Origin: Bacilli bacterium
Lineage (GTDB): Bacteria > Bacillota_I > Bacilli_A > RF39 > UBA660
DNA: 64,000 nt
Direction of reading: 5' to 3'
NCBI GenBank assembly: GCA_017525035.1
Contig: JAFXTH010000023.1
Location: 39,975-103,974 of the forward strand
Positions within the stretch are counted from its first letter, which is position 1, and the number at the start of each line of letters is the position of its first letter. Below are positions 39,695 through 49,853 of this stretch, one piece after another. A program made the position numbers and the translations under genes. Below the pieces are notes generated by a model, which was not told the origin of the DNA, did not search any database, and saw only the letters and a list, made by a program, of their open reading frames with translations.

Positions 39695-40159
39695 TTATCC
39701 CACCCTATATTGATTAGTGTCTGGAATGCTCTCCATTGTTCCACAAAGTGGATCATTAGGTATTACAAGAACGTCTCTTACACCTCTTAGATTGAATATT
39801 GCTCTTATAATTGTTGGTATAAAGAATAATGCAACCGTTGCTATAGCTCGTTTCGTTATTTTTCCAGTAGCTTTTTTCAATGCATCATTGTCATCGTGCA
39901 AAACTGCCTGTGCAAAGTCTAGCGCAGTTAGTAATACTAATAAAATTGGTCCTGCGATTCTAATATATCCCAAAATTTCTTGTACCATTTTCATTCCATC
40001 ATCTGTTAATATACCATCACAACTTATCGATTTATTTGAAAGAGTTAGTTTAGTTTCAGCATATTTTTTTGCGCCTTGAGCCATTTGTTTATTAACATTG
40101 ACAGTAACAATTGATATCATAACTAATACTAATACTAAAAATGTTATTATTCTTCTCAT
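39695..40159 (-). CDS. VirB2/TrbC-like pilin-type membrane protein
   Basis: Signal/TM, then two hydrophobic helices joined by DDNDALKKATGKITKR, flanked by two Cys residues. Confidence 0.5.
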   Translation of the reverse strand: MRRIITFLVLVLVMISIVTVNVNKQMAQGAKKYAETKLTLSNKSISCDGILTDDGMKMVQEILGYIRIAGPILLVLLTALDFAQAVLHDDNDALKKATGKITKRAIATVALFFIPTIIRAIFNLRGVRDVLVIPNDPLCGTMESIPDTNQYRVG

Positions 40160-40209
40160 ATCACACCTCGTATAGAATAATTATAGCATAATAATTTGTT
40201 TATATAAAC

Positions 40210-40234
40210 AAAAAAAACATACTTTCGTATGTTT
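40210..40234 (-). terminator. Terminator of the tRNA operon
   Basis: AAACATAC-GAAA-GTATGTTT plus T-run. Confidence 0.85.
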
Positions 40235-40242
40235 ATTTCATA

Positions 40243-40319
40243 TGGTGACCAGTATGGAATTCGAATCCATGAATGCCGCCGTGAAAGGGCGGTGTGTTAA
40301 GCCACTTCACCAACTGGCC
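40243..40319 (-). tRNA. tRNA-Glu (TTC)
   Basis: Cloverleaf; anticodon arm CCGCC-CTTTCAC-GGCGG; encoded CCA. Confidence 0.96.
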
Positions 40320-40322
40320 ATA

Positions 40323-40399
40323 TGGCGCCCCAACTAGGACTTGAACCTAGGACCCCTTGATTAACAGTCAAGTGCTCTAACCGACTGAGCTATTGAGGC
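40323..40399 (-). tRNA. tRNA-Asn (GTT)
   Basis: Cloverleaf; anticodon arm CTTGA-CTGTTAA-TCAAG; encoded CCA. Confidence 0.96.
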
Positions 40400-40403
40400 A
40401 AAC

Positions 40404-40480
<77 letters not shown>

Positions 40481-40512
40481 ACTTGACAGGCTTTTTTCAG
40501 CCGTACTTCATA

Positions 40513-40541
40513 AGTATATACTAAGTTATCAAATATTGCAA
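40513..40541 (-). promoter_or_regulatory. Sigma-A promoter of the tRNA operon
   Basis: TTGCAA-17 nt-TATACT with an upstream A-tract. Confidence 0.75.
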
Positions 40542-40558
40542 GAATTTTTTGCTTTTTT

Positions 40559-41308
40559 TTATTCAATTTCTATATTAAAATCTTCAACTAAACCAAAGTT
40601 TGAATATTCAATATTTACTGTTGTAGCAGTGCTTATATTTGACATGCTCTTTATCATATTTGTCATATCAAGTTCCACACCTACTATTTTATTATTTTTC
40701 TTCGTAAGTGTGATATAATTTAAAGCTTCTTTATTTTTTTTCGAAGAACTATTTCCTATTTTTGCTAGGTTTTCGTTTGTTATTTGATATTTATCATCTA
40801 CTAACGTAGAGTTATTAATTATTTCTTCTAATACTTTTATATCGTAATAGTTAACAACTAAATATGGTAGTTCTGCTTGTATATATTCATTTGTGGTAGA
40901 GTTTATAACATGAATATTATCAAGTGTTCCAATATACTTGTAATCTATTCCATTATAGCTATAAATAACTTCATATTTATCACCATATCTTTTACATTTT
41001 GATACAAATTCATTTTTATTGTACTTTAATGTAACTATAAATTCGTAGTTATTATTATTTACAAAAGCAAAATCGCCATTTTGTTCAGTCAAAGTCGTAT
41101 TTGTTGTTGAGTTTGTATTAGTATTGTTTTGATTAGTTCTGTTGTTACTTACATTTTTTGCTATTCCAGAAGTTCTAATTACTATAATTAATATTATGAA
41201 TACTATTCCATATGCAACAAGAATTGCTCTTGCTCTTTGTTTCTTATCACTTAGATCAATATTAAACTTCTTTTTATTACCATTGTTATTATATTCATTA
41301 TAATCCAT
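40559..41308 (-). CDS. Hypothetical membrane-anchored protein
   Basis: Single TM after KKQRARAIL; Asn/Thr-rich linker; coupled downstream of fmt. Confidence 0.7.
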   Translation of the reverse strand: MDYNEYNNNGNKKKFNIDLSDKKQRARAILVAYGIVFIILIIVIRTSGIAKNVSNNRTNQNNTNTNSTTNTTLTEQNGDFAFVNNNNYEFIVTLKYNKNEFVSKCKRYGDKYEVIYSYNGIDYKYIGTLDNIHVINSTTNEYIQAELPYLVVNYYDIKVLEEIINNSTLVDDKYQITNENLAKIGNSSSKKNKEALNYITLTKKNNKIVGVELDMTNMIKSMSNISTATTVNIEYSNFGLVEDFNIEIE

Positions 41309-41314
41309 ACTTTT

Positions 41315-42256
41315 TTACTCTTTTCTAAATATTTTATTTAATAATTCTTCTTTATTCATTCCATTTAATAAATCTTGAATAGTTAGTCTCTTTTTACCCT
41401 CAATCTTTAATTCTTCTATAACAACTAATTCATCATTTGTTTTAACATACATTCCAGTCTTGTCAACTTTTACTATCGTTCCAGGAAGTGCAGCTATATT
41501 TGTTTTTTCTACTTTGCTCTTATAAAACTTTACTCTTTTATCTTCTAATAAAGCATACCCTCCAGGAAATGGACTTAATCCTCTTATCTTGTTGTGAACA
41601 TTTATCGCACTATCATTAAAATCAATTACTTCATCTTCTTTTTTAATAATCTTAGCAAGAGATACTTTTGTTTCATCTTGTTTAATTCTTTCATTAGTTC
41701 CATCTATAATACTTGGTAATGTTTTCAAAAGTAATTCTTTTCCCATTATTGATAGTTTATCATGTAGCTCTCCTACAGTTTCATTTTCACCAATGCTTAT
41801 TTTTTCTTGTGAAATTATATCACCATCATCCATTCCGGGTGCCATATACATTATAGTTATTCCTGTTTCCTTTTCACCATTTATGATTGCCCTATGAATT
41901 GGTGCACCACCTCTATATTTTGGTAGTAAAGACGCATGAACATTAATGCACTTATATTTTGGATATTCTAATATTTCTACTGGAATTATTTGCCCGTAAG
42001 CGCATGTGATAATTATATCTGGATTTAAATCTAACACACATTGAAAATCTGTTCTAATCTTTTCGGGTTGTAGTACTTTTATATTGTTTGCAATCGCTAA
42101 CTTTTTAATTGGTGAAAACTCTATTTCCTTTTTTCTTCCTACTTCTTTATCTGGCTGAGTTACTACACCAATTACATTGCAAGTATCTATTAAACCTTGT
42201 AATACAGGCACGCTAAAATCTGGAGTTCCCATAAATACAACTTTTAAATCTTTCAT
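41315..42256 (-). CDS. fmt: Methionyl-tRNA formyltransferase
   Basis: VFMGTPDF, VTQPD, NVHASLLPKYRGGAPI, MDDGD. Confidence 0.98.
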   Translation of the reverse strand: MKDLKVVFMGTPDFSVPVLQGLIDTCNVIGVVTQPDKEVGRKKEIEFSPIKKLAIANNIKVLQPEKIRTDFQCVLDLNPDIIITCAYGQIIPVEILEYPKYKCINVHASLLPKYRGGAPIHRAIINGEKETGITIMYMAPGMDDGDIISQEKISIGENETVGELHDKLSIMGKELLLKTLPSIIDGTNERIKQDETKVSLAKIIKKEDEVIDFNDSAINVHNKIRGLSPFPGGYALLEDKRVKFYKSKVEKTNIAALPGTIVKVDKTGMYVKTNDELVVIEELKIEGKKRLTIQDLLNGMNKEELLNKIFRKE

Positions 42257-42367
42257 AATATCACCTCTATACTATTTCAGTTATGCAACTGATTTAAATT
42301 ATATTTGCTAAATTGATAATTATTCATTACCATCTAGCATTAATTATAATATAAGTTTCTACAAATG

Positions 42368-42394
42368 AAAAGAAATGTTAACAAACATTTCTTT
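42368..42394 (-). terminator. Probable terminator hairpin
   Basis: AAAGAAATGTT-4 nt-AACATTTCTTT inverted repeat after the pilin-like gene. Confidence 0.6.
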
Positions 42395-42411
42395 AATCCT
42401 TTTTAACTATT

Positions 42412-44094
42412 CTATTGTACTGTATATGGATGATCAATTGTTCCATTACCACCGGAAATAGTTACTGTACTACTTAAGTTGATTACTGGTCTTACACCAG
42501 AGTAATCTTCAATTCCTTTTGTAGCTATATAAGTTGTTCCTGTTGGTGTTATTACATTTAATGTTGTCTCATCGTAGTTATTTAAAGTCCAATACTCTTT
42601 ATTTGCAGGTATTGTATACATTTCACCAATTCTTGGAAGTGCTATTTTCATACTATGGATATCAGTTGTTTGACATGCTGTTGTTTGTGGCTTTGTTTTA
42701 TCCATTAAGTCACGACAGAAATCGGCACTTACTAGTTTATCTTGAATTGGTACTGCCCATGTATTATTTAAGTAATCACCTATATAAGTATCATCTGAAT
42801 ATACTTTATTAAAGTAGTGGAATTGTAGATCTGCAATATTCAATGCATCTACTGCAACCAATCTTGTATACTTACTTGTTTTAGAAATTATTCTAAATTT
42901 TGTATTATTAATTGTTACATATTCACCAGGGTATCTTGTATTTAAACCAGCTCCAATATTTCCTGCTGTGTCTCCTAATAATTTATACGGATTAGATATA
43001 GTTCCTTGTCCTCCTGATACAATTGAAACACTAGGTCTTAAAACGATAGATGGTCTTACACCATAGAACTCATTTACTACACCTGATTTAGTTGTAGCAT
43101 CTTGACCTACATACCATACATTATTGTTATCTTTCTTAGATAATAACCAGTAATTATTACCTTTATCTAAGAACCCTTTTATTTTAGTGTATTCGTATAA
43201 ATTTAACATACCTACTTTAGCAGTCATTAAATTTGTTCTAGCTGGTGCGGTATTACCATTGCTAAGCGCTGTATAGTTCCATTCAGAATCTAATATGTAT
43301 CTATTTGGATTATTTAATGTTTTTAAGAAATGATTATTTAACCAAACACTTATGTTACTTGAACGATAATCTGTTGAAGAAGTGTCATATGTTACTAAAG
43401 ATTGAATATCATCAGTTACTAATTTAACTGTTCTATCGTTTGTATTATATTCAACAATTCTCCACATCTTACCAGAATACCAAACGTAGTTATTTGTAAC
43501 AGACCCATTTACAATATAATCATTTCCTGATAGCACTTGTGCATTAAGTTTTGTTGCACTGCTAGGATCAGAAATGGCTTTAATTAAAGAGTTAGATACT
43601 TCTGCAACATATTTGTCACAAGTTCCTTCCTTTTTAATTAACTTCGTAAAGTATACTTTTTTAGAGTCTTGCTTTTTACATATCATACTAAATTTAGTGC
43701 TTACAACTCCGTTTTTATTTTCTATTCTAACGTTAACATATTCAGAAGGATCAACATCTATTTGTGCAAGTTCAGCTTCAGAAAAATCTCCAGGTGATTT
43801 ACAAACCACATCATTATCATTTTCAAATTCTTTAATATAGTTTTGCTCTATCAATTCACCAATAGTTGTATCATCAACACAACCTGATGCTCCTACTCCT
43901 CCTACATCATCTCTTCTTGATCTTGAATATAATTCAATTGATTTTTCAACGAGATCATAATATGTCTCATATTCTTTTTCTTCATTATCACGCATTAGTC
44001 TTGATGTTGCTGGGAAAACAATCAAAAGTATTAATCCCATCATTACTACTACTGCTATTAATTCAATTAAAGTAAATCCTTTATTTTTATTCAT
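42412..44094 (-). CDS. Type IV pilin-like protein with duplicated C-terminal DUF6273-like domain
   Basis: NKG/FTLIELIAVVVMMG; two repeats (YVWYSGKMWRIV...GVRPSIVL...GQGTISNPY and YVTINNTKFRII...GVRPVINL...GNGTIDHPY); start reassigned to ATG 44094. Confidence 0.8.
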   Translation of the reverse strand: MNKNKGFTLIELIAVVVMMGLILLIVFPATSRLMRDNEEKEYETYYDLVEKSIELYSRSRRDDVGGVGASGCVDDTTIGELIEQNYIKEFENDNDVVCKSPGDFSEAELAQIDVDPSEYVNVRIENKNGVVSTKFSMICKKQDSKKVYFTKLIKKEGTCDKYVAEVSNSLIKAISDPSSATKLNAQVLSGNDYIVNGSVTNNYVWYSGKMWRIVEYNTNDRTVKLVTDDIQSLVTYDTSSTDYRSSNISVWLNNHFLKTLNNPNRYILDSEWNYTALSNGNTAPARTNLMTAKVGMLNLYEYTKIKGFLDKGNNYWLLSKKDNNNVWYVGQDATTKSGVVNEFYGVRPSIVLRPSVSIVSGGQGTISNPYKLLGDTAGNIGAGLNTRYPGEYVTINNTKFRIISKTSKYTRLVAVDALNIADLQFHYFNKVYSDDTYIGDYLNNTWAVPIQDKLVSADFCRDLMDKTKPQTTACQTTDIHSMKIALPRIGEMYTIPANKEYWTLNNYDETTLNVITPTGTTYIATKGIEDYSGVRPVINLSSTVTISGGNGTIDHPYTVQ

Positions 44095-44202
44095 GCTAAC
44101 CTCACCTATCATATATTAAAATTATACCATAAAATAACGTATATATAATATTTTTTTATATCTAGATGTAAAGTATCACATATAATATTTTAGGTGATTG
44201 TT

Positions 44203-44421
44203 TTGTTTAAACCGATGAGACATAATTTCTTTTGTAGATGTGAATTTTGTAAATCAAAAAGAAGACACAATATTTTATATTTATTCTTATTAATTTTTTT
44301 AATGGTTGTTATATTTTATCAATCATTTATTTTGATATTTGTCACAACAAGAATAAATGCTATTATTCTTTTTCTTGAATTAATAGCATTTGTTTATTTA
44401 ATCTTTCATATAGTGTTTTAA
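44203..44421 (+). CDS. Small two-TM membrane protein with CxCxxC motif
   Basis: AGGTGA RBS before TTG 44203; CRCEFC then two hydrophobic helices; fills a gap between minus-strand genes. Confidence 0.55.
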   Translation: MFKPMRHNFFCRCEFCKSKRRHNILYLFLLIFLMVVIFYQSFILIFVTTRINAIILFLELIAFVYLIFHIVF

Positions 44422-45267
44422 AAAACTATTTACTTTACTTAGATAATCTATTTTCTTTCTTACTTCGATTGTATTAATATAATCACTCTTTATAGGATTT
44501 AGTTTATCAATTAATAATAGTCTTGTTGCTAATAAATATATTTCTTCTTCGAGAAGTTGATATTTTGATCTATAAATATCAAATATATCTACCATATCTA
44601 TTATTTTAAAGTTCTCTTTAAATAAACTCTCAATATCATATATAGGACTATCTTTAATTGACTTATACCAATTTATTAAATATGAATTATCTCCTGTTAA
44701 AAGGTTTGATACTTTTAAGTAGTTATGATTAATTACTTTCCTTATGCTGTTTTTGTTCTTAATAAGTTCATACCATTTATCAAGATAATTTTTACTTTTA
44801 TCAAGCGAAATTAGTATTAATGATATATTTCTTATTAATAAAAACATGCTTGGATGTGGATAATTTAATATTACGTTATCATCAAATAGTTTTTCATAGT
44901 ATGCTTTAGTATCTATTATTTGATCTGTTAATTTTTCATATTTGCCTTTTATTTCATCTATTGAAAAGATTGAATAATATGTAGTCTTAGCATGCAGCAT
45001 TGCAAGTATATATGCAAGTTCTGTTAATTTTTCGTTATCATTACCATTTACCTGCTTAATATAATTTGATATTTCATAATCATCAATTAACTTTATATTT
45101 AAGTAATTGTTGAAATCCTTTGCTTTTAAATAATTGAATAATTCGATAATATTTTTATTTTTATTCTTTTTTACACAATATGTATTGTTTTCTGTAGCAA
45201 TAATAGTTAAATTATCTATCTTTTCTATTTTTCTAATTCTTTCATCTTTAAATAACTTATTCATCAC
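44398..45267 (-). CDS. ysxE: YsxE/CotS-like spore coat kinase-fold protein
   Basis: LAMLHAKT, VINHNYLKVSNLL, YLINW, DSPIYDI; directly downstream of a spoVID-like gene as in Bacillus. Confidence 0.7.
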   Translation of the reverse strand: MMNKLFKDERIRKIEKIDNLTIIATENNTYCVKKNKNKNIIELFNYLKAKDFNNYLNIKLIDDYEISNYIKQVNGNDNEKLTELAYILAMLHAKTTYYSIFSIDEIKGKYEKLTDQIIDTKAYYEKLFDDNVILNYPHPSMFLLIRNISLILISLDKSKNYLDKWYELIKNKNSIRKVINHNYLKVSNLLTGDNSYLINWYKSIKDSPIYDIESLFKENFKIIDMVDIFDIYRSKYQLLEEEIYLLATRLLLIDKLNPIKSDYINTIEVRKKIDYLSKVNSFLKHYMKD

Positions 45268-45919
45268 ATGTATTAGGTATTATTAATTTAGAGCCAATGT
45301 GAATATCATTTAATTCATTATATTCTTCAAGTGCTTCCCTACTTACATTATATTTATTAAGTACGTAATCCAAAGTGTCATTTTCTCTTAAAATGTATAC
45401 TCTATATGTTTTATATGTTTCTTTAGATTTATCAAGATTTGTAAATAAAGATTCACTATTATCTGTTGATTCTTCTAGTGGTAATTCAACTTGTTCTTTT
45501 TTCTCTTCTTGAATATTCAGTTCTTCTTCATTATCCATTTCTAAAAATAAATCATTAAGAGTCTCTAGTTCTTCTTTTTCTTCCTTTTTAGGCTTATTAA
45601 GTTTTAGATTATCTAGTAATATATCAACATTGATATTTAATTTATCACCATCAAAATCGTAAGTAAAATCATCAATATCTATCTTCATTTCATCTAAATT
45701 ATATTTATTATCTATTTCAATATCTACAGGTATTTTATAGGAAAAAGGATTTTCAATTTGACTTGCTTCAGTCTGCTTGTATGTCCCTGTTACAATTAAA
45801 TCTCCACCGATGGAATTATCACCAGATTGCATCAAGGTATGTTCTAAAGATATTGATGTAATGTTATTAATCATTGTTTTAAATTCTATTTCTTTTTTGA
45901 AAGATACTATTTCATTCAT
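45257..45919 (-). CDS. spoVID: SpoVID-like spore coat morphogenetic protein (N-domain plus LysM), shortened
   Basis: ITSISLE, GDLIVTGTY, IPVDI, IDDFTY; C-terminal LysM (ENDTLDYVLNKY...GSKLIIP); start reassigned to ATG 45919. Confidence 0.7.
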   Translation of the reverse strand: MNEIVSFKKEIEFKTMINNITSISLEHTLMQSGDNSIGGDLIVTGTYKQTEASQIENPFSYKIPVDIEIDNKYNLDEMKIDIDDFTYDFDGDKLNINVDILLDNLKLNKPKKEEKEELETLNDLFLEMDNEEELNIQEEKKEQVELPLEESTDNSESLFTNLDKSKETYKTYRVYILRENDTLDYVLNKYNVSREALEEYNELNDIHIGSKLIIPNTCDE

Positions 45920-45977
45920 ATAATCATTCCCTTCAGTTAGAATATATGCATAAATAATATTTTTATAACAAAAAATA

Positions 45978-46646
45978 CTAGATTTCTTCATCTAGTATTT
46001 TAATTTCGTTAATTATTTCTTTGGCCCTCTTACTATCTTTGGGGATATCCTTTAAAATATTGCTATCAACATCTTTTAAATAATTAAAATATTGATAGAA
46101 TAAATCATTTTTATTTTTAAGGAGAAATGGTCCAAAAAACAATTCTTTTTTATTGTACTTTTTATTTCCTTTGATAAATTCCATTATTATATAATATTTA
46201 TCTTCTTCATAAACAATTCTTTCATCGTTTATAACAAATCCCATTTCATTTATTTCTTTTCTTAATCTTGGAAATTTATTATTTGATGAAATAATTAATC
46301 TATTTACTTGTTTTAAGTTTTCTTTACCACTATTTAATATATCAATTATAGTTTCTTCACCCATACCTGATATTACAACAGTATCAATATAATCATCTAA
46401 TCTTCCTAATCCATCTTGCAACTTTAATTCAATTTTATTTAAAAAAGAATATTTTTCAATATTCTTTTTAGCACTCTTTAATGGTTGTTCTCTTAAATCT
46501 GATGCGACTATTTTTAAATCTTCATTATTCTGTAATAAGTAGATATCAAGTAATGCATGATCACATCCGACGTCGATTATTCCTTCTGTTTGTTGTTTTA
46601 ATACTATAGAGGCTACTGTTTTAAGTCTATTACTAATATTAATCAA
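45978..46646 (-). CDS. trmK: tRNA (adenine22-N1)-methyltransferase
   Basis: [22 protein letters not shown]; follows rpoD. Confidence 0.9.
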   Translation of the reverse strand: MINISNRLKTVASIVLKQQTEGIIDVGCDHALLDIYLLQNNEDLKIVASDLREQPLKSAKKNIEKYSFLNKIELKLQDGLGRLDDYIDTVVISGMGEETIIDILNSGKENLKQVNRLIISSNNKFPRLRKEINEMGFVINDERIVYEEDKYYIIMEFIKGNKKYNKKELFFGPFLLKNKNDLFYQYFNYLKDVDSNILKDIPKDSKRAKEIINEIKILDEEI

Positions 46647-47727
46647 TTAAGAAATCCTTTAGTTTTCTTGAACGAGATGGATGTCTTAGTTTTCTTAAAG
46701 CTTTAGCTTCAATTTGTCTTATTCTTTCACGAGTAACACCGAAGATTTGTCCAACTTCTTCTAGTGTTCTACATTGTCCATCATCAAGACCAAATCTAAG
46801 TCTTAAAACTTTTTCTTCTCTATCAGTAAGTGTTAATAAAACACTTGCAAGTTCTTCTTTTAACATTTCGACTGTTGCATATTCTTCAGGAGACATTGTT
46901 CTTTCATCTTTAATGAAATCTCCTAAATGAGAGTCATCTTCTTCTCCAATTGGAGTTTCTAAAGAAACTGGATCTTGAGATATTTTATAAACTTCTCTTA
47001 CTTTATCAACAGTTACACCAAGTTTTTTAGCAAGTTCTTCTTCTGTTGGCTCACGATTTAACTCTTGAGTTAATTGTCTTTGAACTCTTGCTAATTTGTT
47101 GATTGTTTCTACCATATGTACTGGTACACGAATTGTTCTTGCTTGGTCAGCAATTGCTCTTGTTATAGCTTGTCTAATCCACCATGTTGCATATGTTGAG
47201 AATTTATATCCTTTTGATGGATCAAATTTATCAACAGCTTTCATAAGACCAATATTTCCTTCTTGAATTAAGTCTAGGAATAACATTCCACGTCCTACGT
47301 ATCTTTTAGCTATACTTACAACAAGTCTTAGGTTTGATTCTGCTAACATTTTCTTAGCATACTCATCCCCTTGCTCAGCTAGTTTTGCATATTCAAATTC
47401 TTCATCTGTTGTTAATAGGTTTATTCGACCTATTTCCTTTAAATACATCCTAACTGGGTCATTTATTTTAATGTCTTTTGACATTGTTAAGTCTTCAACT
47501 ACTAATCCAGATGGATCTTCATCATCTGTAGAGTTATCTGCAGTCTCACTTATTATTTCAATGTTGTTTTCAACAAGTGTGTTATATAAATCATCAAGTG
47601 TATCACTATCTACATCTAATCCTTTTAATTCTTCAACCAATTGTTCGTAAGTAACATATCCTTGTTTCTTACCTACTTCAATTAAGGATTTCTTTCTTTC
47701 TTCGATAGTTTTTATTTCTCCAATCAT
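46639..47727 (-). CDS. rpoD: Primary RNA polymerase sigma factor SigA/RpoD
   Basis: Region 1.1, [69 protein letters not shown]; follows dnaG. Confidence 0.98.
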   Translation of the reverse strand: MIGEIKTIEERKKSLIEVGKKQGYVTYEQLVEELKGLDVDSDTLDDLYNTLVENNIEIISETADNSTDDEDPSGLVVEDLTMSKDIKINDPVRMYLKEIGRINLLTTDEEFEYAKLAEQGDEYAKKMLAESNLRLVVSIAKRYVGRGMLFLDLIQEGNIGLMKAVDKFDPSKGYKFSTYATWWIRQAITRAIADQARTIRVPVHMVETINKLARVQRQLTQELNREPTEEELAKKLGVTVDKVREVYKISQDPVSLETPIGEEDDSHLGDFIKDERTMSPEEYATVEMLKEELASVLLTLTDREEKVLRLRFGLDDGQCRTLEEVGQIFGVTRERIRQIEAKALRKLRHPSRSRKLKDFLID

Positions 47728-47731
47728 GATT

Positions 47732-49462
47732 TCACTCCCCAATTCTTAGTTTCCTTATTCTTTCCAAAAGCTCTATCTTTTCATTTTCATCAGGTACTTT
47801 TTTCATTAATTGCTCTAAACGCTTTATCTCTTGTCTAGTATTATAATCACTAATGACACTTATATATTCTTCTATTGTACTGTCTGATATTTCTTCATTT
47901 AGATCTAAACTTTGTACTTCGTTAAATACTCCTAACAATTCTTTCTTATCATTTAAATACGTATAAAAATCTGCAATATTTATATCTCCATACTCATGGT
48001 AATAATAACTAATCTCAGCAGCAAGATTTCTCGTATTGGCATCAATGAAATATAACTTTTTACTATCATATACTTTTATAACTTTTGGGTTAATAAGCAT
48101 ATAGTAAATGAATTCATGACTAGCTCTTTCATACTTATCTTTCTTTAAATCTTTTCTTTTGATAGTATTATCTTCAATTTTAGTTCGTTCTTGTTCGTTC
48201 AGATTTTTGTACTCATTAAATTTTTTTTCTAGTGTATTATAACTCAAATTAGTCTCATTTGCAAGTTTTTTGAGCATTATTTCACATCTTATTTCATCAT
48301 TTATTGATGATATTTCTTTAATAACTTTATTAACATAGTTTGATAGCTCTAAATCACTATCAAAATTAACGTTATTCTTTAATCGTTCTATTTTGAAATC
48401 ACTATAGTTTAAAGCGCCATCGATAAGGGCTTTAAATTTTGCTTCTCCATATTTTAAGATATATGAATCTGGATCTTCATCATCAGTCAAACATACTACT
48501 TTAACGTTTAATCCAGCTTTTTCTAATAACTCACCATTATGTATATCAGCATCTTGTCCTGGATTATCTCCATCAAGACATAAATATACATTTAATGACA
48601 ATTTCTTTATCAATGAAATTTGTTCTTCTGTTAAGGCAGTACCCATTAATGCCACTGTGTTTTTAATACCAATTGTACTTGCTCTTATGACATCCATGAA
48701 TCCTTCCATTACGATAACATATTTTGAAACTCTTACATGTTCTTTTGATGCATTATAGTGATATAGACAAGTTCCTTTTCTGAATATAGGAGTCTCTTTA
48801 GTATTCATATATTTACTCATCTTAGAATTATCATATATTCTTCCAGAGAATCCTACTATTCTTCCATTTCTATCATCAAGTGGAAATATAATTCTATTTA
48901 TAAATGTATCTATATCATTATTAGCAAGACCCAAATCATTTAATGTATTAATATCATATTTTCTTTCTTTTAAATATTTTATTAATTTATCTTTCTCATC
49001 AAGTGCTAAACCTATACCAAATTCTTTAATTGTTTCACTATCAATGCCTCTTTTTTCTAGGTATTCAATAGCTTTTTTACCTTTATCAGTATTGATCATT
49101 AATTGATAATATTTAGCTGTTAACTCATAAATATCATAGTACTTTGTATACTTACTACTGAAGTCACTTTGATATCCTTCTAGTTTAACTCCAACTCTAT
49201 CAGCAAGTTTCTTTAAAGCTTCCTTAAATGAAATATTTTCTATTTGTTCTACAAAATTAAAAACATTACCACTATTATGACAACTCCAGCAAGTGTAAGT
49301 TTGCCTTTTTTCATCAACACTCATTGATGGATTTTTGTCATTATGAAAAGGACATATTCCCCAGTAATATTGCCCTTTTTTAGTAAGAGGAACATATTCA
49401 CTAATTAAATCAACAATATTAATTTTACTTCTAATATCATTTATATTATTTTGATTATTCAT
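47732..49462 (-). CDS. dnaG: DNA primase
   Basis: [10 protein letters not shown] zinc finger, GFSGR, KYMNT, EGFMDV, CLDGD; start reassigned to ATG 49462 (GGAGGTG RBS). Confidence 0.97.
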   Translation of the reverse strand: MNNQNNINDIRSKINIVDLISEYVPLTKKGQYYWGICPFHNDKNPSMSVDEKRQTYTCWSCHNSGNVFNFVEQIENISFKEALKKLADRVGVKLEGYQSDFSSKYTKYYDIYELTAKYYQLMINTDKGKKAIEYLEKRGIDSETIKEFGIGLALDEKDKLIKYLKERKYDINTLNDLGLANNDIDTFINRIIFPLDDRNGRIVGFSGRIYDNSKMSKYMNTKETPIFRKGTCLYHYNASKEHVRVSKYVIVMEGFMDVIRASTIGIKNTVALMGTALTEEQISLIKKLSLNVYLCLDGDNPGQDADIHNGELLEKAGLNVKVVCLTDDEDPDSYILKYGEAKFKALIDGALNYSDFKIERLKNNVNFDSDLELSNYVNKVIKEISSINDEIRCEIMLKKLANETNLSYNTLEKKFNEYKNLNEQERTKIEDNTIKRKDLKKDKYERASHEFIYYMLINPKVIKVYDSKKLYFIDANTRNLAAEISYYYHEYGDINIADFYTYLNDKKELLGVFNEVQSLDLNEEISDSTIEEYISVISDYNTRQEIKRLEQLMKKVPDENEKIELLERIRKLRIGE

Positions 49463-49484
49463 ACGCACCTCCTATTACAAAGAT

Positions 49485-49512
49485 ATTATATATCAAATCA
49501 ATTATTTTTCAA
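49485..49512 (-). promoter_or_regulatory. Putative sigma-A promoter of dnaG-rpoD
   Basis: TTGAAA-16 nt-TATAAT downstream of the terminator. Confidence 0.55.
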
Positions 49513-49533
49513 TCTTTATTTATAAATTCAAAT

Positions 49534-49559
49534 AAAAAAAACTAGCTTGCGCTAGTTTT
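49534..49559 (-). terminator. Rho-independent terminator
   Basis: AAAACTAGC-GCAA-GCTAGTTTT plus T-run, about 295 nt downstream of the sigma paralog stop. Confidence 0.85.
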
Positions 49560-49795
49560 CAAAAATTATACTTCGATGCATCATCCTCTCGTGTTTATTT
49601 TTTATCTATTTAAACCTTATAGGCTAATCCTCCTTTACTATTATATTTTTGTTTCCGAACGAACAAGTTTATTGCTCTATGGCAATAATCAATTTATTTT
49701 TATAAATCTTAAATAGCATCACTGCTATGATTTAACGTATTTAATTGTCAAACAACATTTTCTTCTATATGCTTCATCTCCTTTTGTAATTTAAG
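49534..49795 (-). ncRNA. Candidate small RNA or long structured 3' UTR
   Basis: No ORF; three hairpins, three SD-like degenerate repeats, strong terminator. No known family recognised. Confidence 0.35.
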
Positions 49796-49853
49796 TATAC
49801 AAAAAGATTGTGGTAGAATTTTGGGATAATTGTCAAAAATATGTGAATTCAAA

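Noticed and set aside
42412-44094. Diversity-generating retroelement acting on GVRP-ending pilin domains
   Set aside because: No reverse transcriptase and no adenine-mismatched template repeat were found in the window; the internal repeats are old and divergent.
49534-49853. Known RNAs (6S, RNase P, tmRNA, SRP, T-box) or a mini-CRISPR in the gap upstream of dnaG
   Set aside because: No long rod-like complementarity, no GAGGAAAGTCC, tRNA-like ends or T-box motif, and no regularly spaced identical repeats.
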